64,000 bases of DNA from Octopus vulgaris. Taxonomy: Eukaryota. The stretch lies in NCBI GenBank assembly GCA_951406725.2, contig OX597814.1, positions 167,028,001-167,092,000 of the forward strand, read 5' to 3'. Positions 1 to 13,462 of this stretch are shown here, piece after piece. How positions within the stretch are numbered: position 1 is the first letter of the stretch; every line of letters begins with the position of its first letter. The notes beneath the pieces are model-generated. The model had not been told where the DNA came from. It saw nothing but the letters and a program-made list of their open reading frames with translations, and ran no database searches. Both the position numbers and the translations under genes were made by a program.

Positions 1-2
1 AG

Positions 3-220
3 CCCTTTCATTATCATATTTCTGTTGAAATACACTGCTTTGATTCAATAAATTTTAAAAATAAGGAAAGATTTAGTAAAACAGGTGTTGTTTTTAATCT
101 GGTATTTAGAACAAAATTGCCATAGAATTTTGAGAAAAGGCTTTAGTTTAGATCACTTTACAACAAGAGGTTTGTATCATAAAATCAGAGGTAGTCTTAG
201 GTGGGTTGGTATCAAAAGGG
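3..220. mobile_element. piggyBac-like MITE
   Basis: CCCTTTT...AAAAGGG imperfect termini followed by TTAA at 221-224. Confidence 0.55.
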
Positions 221-893
221 TTAAACTTCTAAAAGGCAGAAACTATGAAGTGCCAGTTATGTTTTCAATATCTCTCTGTTCTGAGTTCAATTTAAATCTT
301 TTAAAGGTCAACTCTGCATCCATGTGTCCTATCAATAAAATACCAGTCATGTATGAGGGTTGATTCAGCCAAATTACCTCTATATAACATAACTTCATAA
401 CTGTGGCAAATAAGAAATCAATATTTGATGATGATGATGATGGTGCTAACATCTTAATACTTCAAACAATACATTCAAGATGAAATAAGATATATTCAAA
501 TGGATGGTGAAATTAGTACAACTAGTAACAAATTCTGAACAAATGATCCTATGATTTAAATGGTCTCTATATTAGTAACAAATCAACTAAAAAAGAATCA
601 CAATTCATACTAGGAGTGCCAATCTAACTTGCTTTTACTTATAGTAGTTGCAGGTGGGGAAGAGTCACAGATTTGGGTGCAATCTCTGTCGGAACAATAT
701 GAGAAATAGGTCAAGAAGAAAGACAGTTTGAAAAAAAGACTTTCTATTTCTTTACTGAGAGGCATCAGCACTTAAGACAGATGTAAAGAGATAATGTAAA
801 GTAAATATTGAGGCATGAATGATAGCCTGGTAAAGGCAAGAAGAACAAGAAGATTGTTCACATCTAACAATGTTATATAAGAATAATATAGAA

Positions 894-1058
894 CAGTGTT
901 CTGCAACCTTTTTTTCACTTGTGGTACACTTATATTTTTTTCAAATTTCAGCAGCACACCTAAACTAAAAATATAACTAAAAGTATAGTGAAAAAAATTA
1001 TTTTCAGGTTACATTACACTGCTGCACACCTAGCATCGTCTCGTGACACACCAGTGTG
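894..1058 (+). mobile_element. hAT-Charlie-like MITE fragment
   Basis: CAGTGTTCTGCAACCTTTTT terminus and GCACACC subterminal repeats. Confidence 0.45.
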
Positions 1059-1138
1059 GAGCAATGATGTGGAATGCATTAAGAGGTAACTATAAAACCA
1101 CAGAATCTAGAATAAATATTAGCAACATGTAAACTTAC

Positions 1139-1303
1139 CATCTATGTCAGAGACAGTCAGCATTTGAGGCTGAGACAGACCTTCAGCTAAATTGAAAAAA
1201 TGGATTGCTCTATCAAAAGCTATAAAACCTATCTGTGTACGTGAATCACCAGGTAATTTTTCTAGTTCTGCCAGTAAGGTTTTACATACAACTGTAAGAT
1301 AAC
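1139..1303 (-). CDS. SEC24B: Sec24 trunk-domain exon (165 nt, phase 1-1); gene continues beyond window start
   Basis: ttttcag|GT...GATG|gtaagt; encodes GYLTVVCKTLLAELEKLPGDSRTQIGFIAFDRAIHFFNLAEGLSQPQMLTVSDID. Confidence 0.97.
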
Positions 1304-2147
1304 CTGAAAAATATAAATAAGATATTTAGAAAATTTCATTTATGATTTTCAAAATGATTTTACCAATTACAAAAATATTTATGATGTATGAAACATTAAT
1401 TAAAAGAAACAATTTATTTTAATTGTAACCTTTAAAACAAGTGTTCGTTGTATTCCTCCCAAATACTGGAGAGAGTCAAATTGCAGTAAAAACCTAATTC
1501 CTTCTCAATGATCTCAAAATTTTGTTTTAAAATTAATTCAAAAATTAATATTTTGATATTAGCCAACAAAAATTAAACTAAATCTTCATATCCTAAATAA
1601 AAATCACTATAACAACTAAGAGAACAGGAATAATGTCAATTTAAATTCTTTGAATCACTCCCATTCTGTTATGCAATGATACTGGAATAGCACACATGTG
1701 ATTGCTATAAATTGACACTTTTACATGAACTATTTAAATAAGATTTTCACAAAGGATTTTTTCCAGTGTCATTCAAGACAGTAATTGCTTCTAAGGTAAG
1801 TCAGATCAAGAGTTTTGCTTCAGAATAAACAGCAACCTATGTGAGAACATTGTTGGCGCGAACAAACTAAGAGCTAAAAACTGAGGTAGATTTTCTATGG
1901 TTGGATGCCTTTCCTGCTGCTAACCTTCCATTATACACTAAGCATAATAGCTTTTTACCACTACAAGTAGTGTTATATTATTGAAGGGTTTTATATTGAT
2001 GCTAAAGTTTACATTTACTACTGAGTGCTGAATGCTGTAGTACTAATGTAACTATCTATTCCAATTATTTGTAATAAAGATACGAGTGAAAATCACAATG
2101 ATAAGAGAAAGCAATTTTCAAAATTAAGTAAATAGCCTCATACACAC

Positions 2148-2214
2148 CAGTTTCTATTGCATTATATGTTACATCCAAAACAAAGAGGTACACAGCTGGC
2201 TGAGGAGGTCGCAA
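2148..2214 (-). CDS. SEC24B: Sec24 exon (67 nt, phase 0-1), start of trunk domain
   Basis: tttccag|TTG...ACTG|gtgtgt; encodes LRPPQPAVYLFVLDVTYNAIETG. Confidence 0.96.
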
Positions 2215-2940
2215 CTGGAAATAAATATAAAAAATGAGTGAATGGATGAAAGACAAATTCAAGAGATTCATGACAAAATCCAAGAATGAACTACCTTCAC
2301 AGAAATAAGCCTCTTGTCAGTAGATTTAAAAGAATGATTAAATCTACTGAATTTTTACTTTAATACATTGCATATACTATCAAAATAAAATTAATGTTCA
2401 AAGAAATCATTTCTTTCTTTGCAAATAAAAGCTTTTGAATCTAGAACAGTTAAAAGTTCTGTTGTTTGTGCTGCACAATAAGAATATTTCAAAGTGCATA
2501 GTTACTGAATATTGTAAGAATATTGAAAAATAGTAAGCAATACTACAATTCTTCAAGACCCAAGTTGCCAATATCAAAGCCTGCATATATAACACTATAA
2601 CTATGGAACAAAATCAAAGACAACATTTATCGTATACAGAGCATTTATATTATTTATAAAACAACTGACTGATGAACAAATACATTGATCACTGTTATTC
2701 TCATTTAATGTCTACTTTTTCAATGGGTCACACAAAATTTCTTGAAGCAGATTTTCTATGGATGGATGCCATCCCTGTCAACAATCCTCACCTGTTTCCA
2801 AACAACAACATATTTCCCATAGCCAGACTTGTTTCTCACAGGAGACTAAAAAACAAAGAGCGTCACTTGTGTGATGGTGATGCTCATTTACAACTATTAT
2901 GGTTGAGAAGTAAGCTTCTTAACCACACAGCCATACATAC

Positions 2941-2972
<32 letters not shown>

Positions 2973-3303
2973 GCTGAGACCCCCACCTTCAGTCATGACT
3001 GACCAAGGGACTGCACCTAGAAAGTTACCCTCCCAGGCACAAGTCCGGGCAAAGTTGTTTATGGAAGACCAGCAGTCGCCCATGCATACCAGCCTCCACA
3101 CCACCAGTGTTATCCAAGGAAAAGGCAAAGACCAATACAGCTTGGCACCTGTGATATCGCAACTCATTTCTACAGCTGAGTGAACTGTAGCTACATGAAA
3201 TAAAGTGTCTTGCTCAAGAACACAACATGCAGCCCAGTCCAGGATTCGAACTCACAACCTCACGATCGTAAGTTCAATGCCCTAACCACTGAGCCATGCA
3301 TCT

Positions 3304-3307
<4 letters not shown>
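2973..3307 (-). mobile_element. tRNA-derived SINE with CORE/V-like centre, between (TA)n tracts
   Basis: A box TGGCTCAGTGG, B box GAGTTCGAATCC, and TTCTTGAGCAAGACACTT. Confidence 0.8.
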
Positions 3308-3335
<28 letters not shown>

Positions 3336-3696
3336 AGAATCTATAGCTCAATGAACCAGCTCTGTACTTTATTCACTGGGACTGTGGTTTCAAGTTCAGC
3401 AATATGCAATTTCCTCTGATATGAAAGTAAAGATATAATTCACTATATTAAGATTTGTTGAAGCTTTACCAAAGCAGACCACAAGATAATATTAGACATT
3501 GAAATAAAAGATTCATTTTGCAAAAATCAAAATGTTAAAAATATAACCAATGGTTTAAATTAAAGATAAATTTACTCAATTTCATTTAAAACTATTTCTC
3601 AGTTGGAGCAAGAATATTCAGCCTTCAGTAGCCCACATAACATGAATATTATAATAGAAAATTATTATTCAGAAAAAATTTCTTTTAAAGACGTAC

Positions 3697-3806
3697 CATG
3701 TATTCAGAAGGTGCAATGAACTCAATTGTAGAAGATCTCACTTCAGGTCTGCGTTGTGGATCTCCATATGTTCTTGATACGGGATCAAAAGAAAATTCTT
3801 CTGGTA
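3697..3806 (-). CDS. SEC24B: Sec24 exon (110 nt, phase 1-0)
   Basis: tttacag|TA...ATG|gtacgt; encodes LPEEFSFDPVSRTYGDPQRRPEVRSSTIEFIAPSEYM. Confidence 0.97.
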
Positions 3807-4703
3807 CTGTAAAGAATTGTAAAAATAAGGGTTATGAAATTTGACTGTAAACCTCTTCAACATATAGATTATAAAAATAATTCATTAAAAAGAAAAAGAG
3901 TTAATATAGCAACTACATCACAATTATTTCATACTATTGAAACATTACACAGAAGAAATGTCAGATTATACCAACAAAATAAAGTAAATAAATACTAAAT
4001 TAACCTTGGGTTAAAAAAGATTAATTAAACCTCATACGAATAAACAAAATTGATTGTGTTATGATCAGAAACATAAAAGTGTAAAGTTCTTTACTCTTTG
4101 TAAACATTACAAAGCAAAATTTCATTTTAACGAACAGTGCTAAATAAAGCTTCAATATTTACACATATTTCTAAAAGTCATTGAAAATTATACATAACCT
4201 AACCAGATAGAAAAAGGAAAAAAAAAAACAAAAAAACCTAGTATGAAATTTTACTCCTACTTTTTGATTAAAATAAACTCATATGCTACATAATCATGAA
4301 TTGCTTTCTTTCTGATATTTCATTAGAAATATTGAAATACTTAGGCAAAAATTTTGATATACTGCTCATGAATAAAAAAAAAATATGCTAAATTTAGTAA
4401 ATGCCTCTATGCACAGATATTGCAACAAATCTAAAAATATGTGTGTATGTTGATATATGCACTAATATAATTTTGATATTTGTGAAAGTACACTTATTAA
4501 GAAGATAGCTTGCAGACAAGTCACTCACTTGAAAGCCCCAAACAACAAGTAATACTTATACAAAGCAGACAATGTAACACTGAGGACACATATACTTAAC
4601 CTTAATGACAGTGAATCAATATTGATCATGAGTACTGGTTCTAGCACTAGAAACGGAGGAAGGTGCTCAGTGTGCATGTGCATAAAATATAGATTGCACT
4701 CAC

Positions 4704-4739
4704 CTGCTTCTCCTCCATCAGAGCCACTATGATCATCAC
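4704..4739 (-). CDS. Candidate 36-nt microexon of Sec24
   Basis: tatttag|GTGATGATCATAGTGGCTCTGATGGAGGAGAAGCAG|gtgagt. It preserves frame in the phase-1 intron and has no stop, but the pyrimidine tract is weak. Confidence 0.35.
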
Positions 4740-5039
4740 CTAAATACCATATTGGGAGTATACTATCAGAGCAGTAAGGGAATGAGCAGTGCTTATTCCA
4801 AAGCAATATTTATAATGCACTTAAATGCAAAATTTGACAAAAGTATGCATAACTGCACATATCTAATTGAACTTGTGAGGCTAGTGAAAGAAAACTCACT
4901 ATTGTTAAATAGATCTCTAAGCAGAAAAAAATATACAAGCAACCTGATTGAAAAGAAGTTAAAGCCTTCTTCCGTGTGTGTGTGTGTAAGTACATGAAGT
5001 TATATATATATATATATATATGGGGGGGGGTGTATTCTT

Positions 5040-5697
5040 TTATTTGTTTTAGTCATTTGAGTGCGGCCATGATGGAACAACACCTTGTAGGGTTTTAGTC
5101 GAACAAATCATCGCCTTACTGACACCTGTGCCGTTGGCATGTGTAAAAACTTCGAGCGAGGTTGCTGCCAGTACCGCCTGACTGGACCCCATGCCGGTAG
5201 CACGTCAACGCACCCACTACACTCTCAGAGTGGTTGGCGTTAGGAAGGGCATCCAGCTGTAGAAACTCTGCCAGATAAAGACTGGAGCCTGGTGCAGCCA
5301 TCTGGTTCGCCAGCCCACAGTCAAACCGTCAAATCCATGCTAGCATGGAAAGCGGACGTTAAACGACGATGATGATGATGATGAAATCTACCTCAAGACT
5401 TATTTTTTTAAGCCTAGTACTTATTCTATCAGTCTCTCTTGCCAAACAGCTAAGTTACAGGGATATAAACAAACCAACACTGGTCATCAAGTGGTGATGG
5501 TGTGGGGGTGGGGGGCAAATACACACAAACACATATATATACAATGGGCTTCTTTCAGTTTTCATCTGCCAAATCCACTCACAAGGCTTTGGATGGCTTG
5601 AGGCTATAGTAGAAGACACTTACCCAAAGTGCCACGCAGTGGGACTGAACCTAGAACCACGTGGTTGGTAAGCAAGCTACTTACCACACAGCCACAC
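5040..5697 (-). mobile_element. SINE family A copy with nested RTE 3' end (5115-5383, + strand)
   Basis: GGCTGTGTGGTAAGTAGCTTGC head; interrupted by a (GAT)n-tailed element, with aaatc on both sides. Confidence 0.85.
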
Positions 5698-6689
5698 CTT
5701 ATATATTAAAGTTAATATATAAGTTCAGTCTGATGAATTATTGTTGATGATTATCAAATACATCACACTTTTCAAAATTTTGATAGTTTTTTCATTTTGT
5801 TATTGTTGTTCTATTTTCAAACCATTTTTATTTCAATTGTAGCTGTTTACTTATAAAACTAACATATTTCAGAAAGGCAAAGTTTCATAACTTTTCATCC
5901 TATCCACTAAAAACCAAAATTTTCTCAATTTTTCTTAAGTAAACTCTATTTCTTTCAATAATATAGAAGCTGAATAGAGAAACAGAATATTTGCTACATC
6001 AGATGTAAAATGAAATGAAAAATTTTAAAACAGGACAATCTAAGACAATTTTTGAAGAATACAATATTAAATCTTACTAATTTCTGTATGTTGTATGTAC
6101 TGCTTAAGATAACTGAACAATCAAATAATTAAAAACTGAGACATTTACTGAAAGACCTAATGAAAACACTTGTTTACTCATCAACTAGTGTTAGTGAGGT
6201 TAAAAGTTAAATTTTACATATATACTGAATTTTTTTAAGATAATTCATATAAGATCAATTTCATGTTCAAAAATCACAGAAGATAAATGTTAACATAGGA
6301 AATTCCTTGCATCTTATCTTGTCCTCACATTTAGCATTAACTTTCGATTTTTAACATCTAACTTCAAATAATAAGAAAGGGCCATTTATCATTATTTCAT
6401 AGTGATTTTATAACTTGTAGAAAAGGTTTTAGGAGGCATTTATTTACAAAATTAAATAATTACTAACAAATAAATAGCTAGAAAGATAATCAGTAAAGAA
6501 AAAAATTAATTATACTGGTAATAAAAATTTTTAGAGAATATATTAAGTTTCAAATAATCAAAAATTCACAAAAAAGATAATAATCTGTATTTTATCCAAA
6601 GAATACTAGAATATACAATTTGTGTTGATTTTTTTATATTTTATTTCATACTGATGATATCAAAGCAGTCAGTTAATGTTCTTGAACAC

Positions 6690-8700
6690 TTGTAAGTTAA
6701 CTGTTGCAGGAAAAATATGGAAAGGGAAAGAATTTCATATAGGTGATGTTCTGAGGAGTAGGGCTAGGCAAAATAGTGCAAAGCTTAAGCAAGAAGGGAA
6801 GAGTGAGGTCAGAGTACATGAAAGGAAGTGATACAAAACTAGCAAGTTCAGAAAAGCAGATGCCACAGCTGTAGCAGTAGAAAATGCAGAAGAGATAGCA
6901 CATCTATGATCTAATTTCATTGGGTTTTGGCAAGCAACATCTTGCCAATCAAGAGGATTGCCTCCTTTTCTGTTGTGTGTGGTCTAGGATGTCTGCAGCA
7001 CTGTCCTTGTGATGGAAGTAATGCAACATTCTAGATCTCACTTTGTGAAAGGTTAGTAATTGTTGGATGCTGAGGTATTTCTTGGTCCTGACGAAGAAGA
7101 AGGCCAGTCTTTGTGATGCAATCATTGATATGCTGAAAATATGGAACTGCCAGAAAAGATTCCCACTGATTGTGAGATCTAAAATTTGTAACCTTGAGAG
7201 CTCTAGCTGATTATTGTTCAAGTTTAAGGAGAACAGGCCAAGATACTGCTTTCCAGATATATGTAGTGATTGTGTCTGTGGGCTGTTGAAGCATAAAGAA
7301 CAGTAAGATCTCATTGGAGATTTTATTTTCTAGGCTTCTATTCAATGAGTCAATGCAAATTTGACATGAGGTGCCAGGGTTGCATGCAGATGACACTTTG
7401 GTATGAAAGGTTAGAGAGGAATGAAGGACAGTAACATTTGCACATCCACATAAGAATAGGCATTGATGGTGGTGATTGTTGATCTATATAAGAGGAAGAC
7501 TGGGTGGGAGAAGCCAAACATTAGGTATCTCAGAGTTAATAAAGGCTGAATCAGAGAGAGAGCTGCATCAGAATGTTTTAATAGTGCATCTCACAGGAAA
7601 CCTCCAATCCATGAGACAAGAAACACAGTTTCATCAAATTTCTCAAGTGTGAAAATATACTGGCAAGACAGGAGACTAGCTCTTGGTAGGTCTCTACAAA
7701 AGCCATACTAGTAGTCATTTAGTTGGAGAGAGAAATTCAAGGAAATGGAGAAGGTAATTATTAATGATTCACTCTATCATCTTTGAAATGCTGAAAGTGA
7801 AGGCAATAAATCACTATGTGGCAGAGCCAGAGGAATTGCCCCTCTTGGGAATGGAACACACTTGAGAGAGAGATAGAGACTGAAGAGATTGGTAAGGAAA
7901 AGAGTGAGCCTTGAATGTAATGTTTGAGGGCAATGCAAAGAACATAGTCAGACCCAGTGGACTTATTGGTTTGAAGCAATGTGGGGTATTTTTGCATTTG
8001 GCATGTATCTAAAAATAGTGGTGGGCCTGGAAGAATATAGAGATAGAGTTTTCGGAGGTAATTTATCTCGTACTTGCAATGTGAAAATGGATGTAAATTG
8101 GTTAACGAATAAAGGGTTTTCTTTGAATTAGTACTGCTTACAGACCAACATGGTTGAGAAGTAGAGAAAAGGTAGAGTCCGCAAAGTTGGTAGAGATCTT
8201 TTGGCAAGGAACCAAAATGATCAGTTATAGTTTGGGAGAAAGAACTTGTAGGCTGTGAGATGCATAAAAGCATCCTTCATTGTTCCTAGTGATGGTCTTA
8301 CAGGTGTTGCAGTAGTAAGGTTTCTACTGGGTAGTAAAGTTTCTCTAGGCCTTGTAGGCCATATTCTTTACTTGAACTGCAGGAATGCAGTTAGTGAAAT
8401 ACTTGAGCGATTTTGAGTTATGAAACTTTTGTTTTTATTATGCATGAGATGCCTATTTTAAGTCAAGGGTGAAGCACATGCAATATGACAAATAGTAAGC
8501 ACAGAACTGGAACTCAGGTGACCTGAAGTGCCAGAGGGTCCAAGAGAGGTGAAATTGTTGTGGATGAGTAGCTAATGAGGATAAGACAGTAGTCAGGTGA
8601 CCTGATGGGTGCAGAAACAGTGACAGTATGACAGAAGCTGGCTTTGGAAGTGAGAAAAGAGAACAAGGGTGTTTAATGTGCCAGTGTATTGATAAGACAA
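6690..8700 (-). mobile_element. Degenerate CR1/L2/Jockey-group LINE ORF2 remnant
   Basis: ORF 6949..7314 reads LDLTISGNLFWQFHIFSISMIASQRLAFF..RTKKYL (RT thumb pattern). ORF 7761..8273 contains KSTGSD (KSPGPD-like). Confidence 0.7.
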
Positions 8701-9578
8701 GCATGCAGCAAATGAAATTTATTGTTGTATTTTATATTGTTTAGCAACATTAAACTGTTTGAGAAAATCATCATCATTTAACGCCTGTTTTCCATGCTGG
8801 CGTGGGTTGGACAGATTGACTGAAAACTGGTAAGCTGGAGAACTGCACCGGGTTCCAATCTGATTATAATTAAGTGAAAATTTTGCTAATGGTTTAGCAG
8901 CATTTTCAAAACAATTTGATCTTGATTTCTTGTATAACAATGAGAAAAATGAAATTTTAACAACAGAAAAGTGAAGCCACTTTCCCTGACTTTACTATAG
9001 TATTGAGAGTTTGAAATTGGCTTCTGTTTTTTCATTCCCTTACTAACAAAGGAAAAATTTTCTTCTACACATTATTTTGGAGCTATACTTGTTTGACTCA
9101 ATCAGAGATCATGTGGTTAACTTGAATCAATTACAATAGTGTCAGTGACCAGCTCAAAGATATACAGCAGGGTTTCTCTGTTTGGCTATCTCTACATAAA
9201 GCAATATAAACAATATATTGTAAAGCAGTGAAATATAGACAGCAATTATGAAAGATCTGCACTGTCAGCAGTGATTTATTGGATGTGCAATATTGCAAGG
9301 TGGTGTGTAAATGAGTTAAGAAATAGTTGGGAAAGTGATGTATCCTCATTAATGTTGTGTTCAACAATCAGAAACATCATAGGGCCTAGAATTGTGCCAT
9401 TTCTTTTTTTATTGTTTAACTCTAATATTCTATTCTAATATTCTATTGTAAATTGCTGAGTATAGCATTTACATATAGAAAAAAAATAACTAATTAAAAA
9501 ATAACTAATTAAAAAAAATTATTTATATAATTTTATAAAATGACTAATGCTTTACAATTCACAATGATAAACACTTAC

Positions 9579-9705
9579 AGTCATTGATTCTATAACACAG
9601 GTTGCACTTCCATCGAGTACGATCCACAAAACTTATAAAAGGATTGATGTATGTGCGACAGGAACGACAACGTACAATCACAGTGGATGTTATCACAGGC
9701 AGCTG
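9579..9705 (-). CDS. SEC24B: Sec24 zinc-finger exon (127 nt, phase 0-1)
   Basis: ttttgcag|CAG...GACT|gtaagt; encodes QLPVITSTVIVRCRSCRTYINPFISFVDRTRWKCNLCYRIND (Sec23/24 zinc finger). Confidence 0.97.
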
Positions 9706-10184
9706 CTGCAAAATGCATAACAAAAACAACAGTTAGAGGAAAAAGACCCACACACATGTAAAATAAATGCCTTAATTTTCAATGCATTAAGTAACAAGCT
9801 GAAACAGTATTTTTTAATTACATTTAACTCTAATAAATTTAACAGATAAATAAATGGGATGGAAATGGTAAAAATGGATTAAAAATTTCTATAATCTTTC
9901 ACCAGAAATGATAAAAACAAGGTTAACCTCATATAAAATATAGCAATCAAGAATTCACTACATCAAATGAATGGGGAAAAGATGTGGAGAATCTTTTAAA
10001 GTAAAAAGAGAATACTCTGATTTTCACCTACTTAACAATCAGTAGGAACTTGTGAATCTAGCAAAAATCACACCAAATCTGCAAATCATGAAACCAATTA
10101 TACTTCTTTCTATCAAACAAGGAAAAGACTACATCATTTTTAGGATACATACAACTGTCTGAGAAACAGTCTCATACAATCTAG

Positions 10185-10760
10185 TCATCATTCTTGCCAT
10201 TTTAACAAATATTTTTTCCATGTAGAAATGGATTGAGTAGATCATCGTATAATTTCCATTCACCATCTCAATCCTTGTTAAATTGGGACTTTAAAGATTA
10301 AGGTCTTAAAAGCTGACCTTAACTCATTTCTACTCATGACTTCCTGAATCTTCTACTACAAATATATTCCACTGTCAGCAAGCAGCACCTTTTCATTCAT
10401 TGTCTATATCAGAGAAGTTGTTTCCTAAATGCATTAGATTCAACTGTTCACTCAATTTACCTCTTCCATGTTAAAGATACACATTAAACAGCCCACTCTT
10501 GACTTATTTTTCTCTGCCTTGACAAATTTTCTACAATTAATACCTGAATTTCAAAACAATGCAGTGCAACAAGCCTTACACAAACTTCATATCTACTTTT
10601 ACATCAAGGAAAAAATAACCCTTTGTTGTTAACAAAGGTGATAGCACCCCACATTTCTTTCCTACATGTCTTAAGTCATCTAGGTTGTTAATGTGCATCA
10701 CTCCACGGGTATTCTGAACAGTTTACTTTTCTGTCACAGAAGTCCTGGTCCTCAGTTAAT
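10185..10760 (-). mobile_element. Highly degenerate RTE LINE remnant
   Basis: Minus-strand LSPLLTTKG matches the LLTTKGLSL segment of the RTE copies at 54 and 60 kb. Confidence 0.5.
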
Positions 10761-11819
10761 CTGTCAGAGATTCTGTTGTAATCTTTGTACTTGAGGTTAG
10801 TTAAGACTAGGAATTTTATATTTTTACAGAGGGTACTCATCACCCCAAGTAATTTCCAACTATTAAATGCTCCCTATATCAACTCTAAATAATATTTAAT
10901 GGTTGTTTATTCACATTTCACACTGGCATTGGAAATGCTAAAAAGAAGTTATGGTCCCGTGGTCTGTCAATATCAGAGGGTAGTGAGTAGTCAGAATCAT
11001 TTGGTATTTGGCTACAGCCTTATATGTTATGAGTTCAAATCTTACTAAGATCAACTTTGCCTTTTATTTTTCAAGAGTTCCCAAAATAAAATACCAGTCC
11101 AGTGCTGGGGGTAATTTTATCTGGCTATCTACACCCCAAATACCTGGCCTTGCACCAATATTAAAAATTAGTATTGTAGTAAAGTAACTTTCAACAAACT
11201 CTTCACTATATTTAAAATGTTTGCTATACTTCATACCCAAAATCTTAGGTCAAATATCTCATAATTGAATTATGAAATTTAACCCAAACCATCACATTGA
11301 ACAACTTATGTCTTATCAGGTATCTCTGTAATATTGCTCAAAAAGGGGCAACTGGAGCAACTCAATAACTAATCCAGCACCAACACAGAAACTCAAAAGG
11401 CAATTATGGCTGGCATAAATTTCACATTTTAAAATATAAATTTTGTCCCCCACTACTACAGGACAAATAGTGTTGGTGTGTTTACATCCTTCTAACTTAG
11501 AGTTTTGGTAAAGGAGACCAATAGAACATGTACCAGGCTTAACATAAAATAAGTACTAGGGTTTAATTAATTCAACTAATAACTGAAACGAGTAGAAGAT
11601 AAAAGTAAAAAGATAATCATCAATGCTGTTCACAAACATTTAATTAAAATTTTAAAAACACCCTTTCATCGCTACAAATAATTGTGACAATAGGCAAATA
11701 CAGTTGAGTGATTAACATGCTGAACTTCTGGATCATAATGGTCGTAAAGTCAAACCCTGATAGGAATAATGAGTTTGGTGAAGTACATTACAATCTATCT
11801 AAGAGAAAATGGTAACTCT

Positions 11820-12010
11820 CTTTTTTACTCATTTCAGTCATTTGACGGTGGCCATGCTGGAGCACTACCTTTAGTTGAGCAAAGTGACCCCAGGACTTAT
11901 TCTTTGCATGCCTAGTACTTATTCTATCGGTCTTTTATGCTGAACCGCTAAGTTATGGGGACGTAAACACACCACTATCGGTTGTCAAGCGATGTTAGGG
12001 GGACAAACAG

Positions 12011-12043
<33 letters not shown>

Positions 12044-12210
12044 CATATATACGACGGGCTTCTTTCAGTTTCCGACTACCAAATCTACTCACAAGGCTTT
12101 GGTTGGACCGAGGCTATAGTAGAAGATACTTGTCCAAGGTGCCACGTAGTGGGACTGAACCCGGAACCACGTGGTTCGTAAGCAAGCTACTTACCACACA
12201 GCCACACCTA
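11820..12210 (-). mobile_element. SINE family A, near full length
   Basis: tRNA-like head, CCTTGGACAAG core, internal (TA)/(TG) tract and GACTGAAA..GTAAAA tail. Confidence 0.9.
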
Positions 12211-12920
12211 CTTGACTAAAATTTAATAAACTGGAAAAAAATAGTTAATAAAAATAAATTTCTGAGAAGATTTTAATTTAAATTGGTAAGTATATCAGTA
12301 AGAGTGAAGGTGAAACAGATGTTTAGCATAGCCAACAACTGTCTATCAATCTACAACAATTATCTAGAAACCAATGACGAAACTGCTGGAGATTATGATA
12401 CATTTCATAAACAACAACTCATTATTCTAAGTTCATTTAGCAGATTAAACAACAACAACAACAATAATAATAAGGCTGTAAAGTGCTGAAAAATGTTTGA
12501 CAAAAACAAAATAATACATGTAATCAGTCCAATGAATACAAAGGTCAGCTTATCTCATGATACAATAATAACATTTTACAATAGAACTATTGTTAATATA
12601 GAGCAGAAGCATCAAACTGGATCATCAAATTTCCAAGTTCAAATCCCACTAATATATACTGACTTTCATCACCCAGAAACAACAAAAACAACAACAACAA
12701 CGCCACCACCATCTCGAAGATCTATGATCAAAAATATTTCAATTATTACTATGTCATCAGGTTGTTATTTCTAGCAAGGTGAGCAACCATAAAAGCTCCC
12801 CACTTATTGGCTCAATAAATACTAATACAATAATAGCATACTGAAGTTTGTTTCAGTTGACAATAATCTTCTCTTCACACTCGAAGAGCTAGTAAAACTA
12901 ATAAAGAAAATACTACGTAC

Positions 12921-13023
12921 CGTAAGATCTTTAAATGGATGGATAATTACTCCTAATGGTAATCGAGATTTGGTCAATAACGCTGAAGTCTGGGGTACAG
13001 CATTTAACGTACAACGGAATATT
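12921..13023 (-). CDS. SEC24B: Sec24 exon (103 nt, phase 2-0)
   Basis: tttccag|A...ACG|gtacgt; encodes [34 protein letters not shown], the canonical Sec24 N-terminal core motif. Confidence 0.96.
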
Positions 13024-13086
13024 CTGGAAATAAAAAGGTTAAATAACTGAAACATCTAGTAGCAATGAATTACAGTAGATAACATG

Positions 13087-13462
13087 TTATAATAATAATA
13101 ATGAAATTATTGTATAGTGCTCAGGTGCACCACAACTTGTCAGAAAGTGCGTATAAAGTGTATGCAGTAATGTACAAATGACTGGAAAGCGAACAATGTA
13201 TGAGTCAGATACATGCTTGCATGTGTATGGAGGGAAGAAAATCAGGTGTAGTGTTGGCGAATCTAAGAAAGCATGGAAGTTTTGAAGGATGCAGTGCTCC
13301 GACAACTAACAACTGATGCCGGCAGTTTGTTCCATGCTTCAGCAACTCTCAGCGTGAAAAAATGTTTCCTAAAGTCATGGGAGCTGTGCTGTTTTCTGAC
13401 TTTGTAAATATGTCCACGGGTGTTAGGCAGGTGGAGTTTGAAAAGGTGCTCAGAGTTGTTGA
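13087..13462 (-). mobile_element. CR1-clade LINE 3' end
   Basis: NTRGHIYKVRKQHSSHDFRKHFFTLRVAEAWNKLPASVVSCRSTASFK is a typical CR1 C-terminus, followed by an (ATT)n tail. Confidence 0.88.

Noticed and set aside
3225-3307. tRNA gene-like A/B boxes (also at SINE A, SINE C and 50350-50424 heads)
   Set aside because: They continue into SINE bodies and lack a complete cloverleaf, so they are SINE heads rather than tRNA genes.
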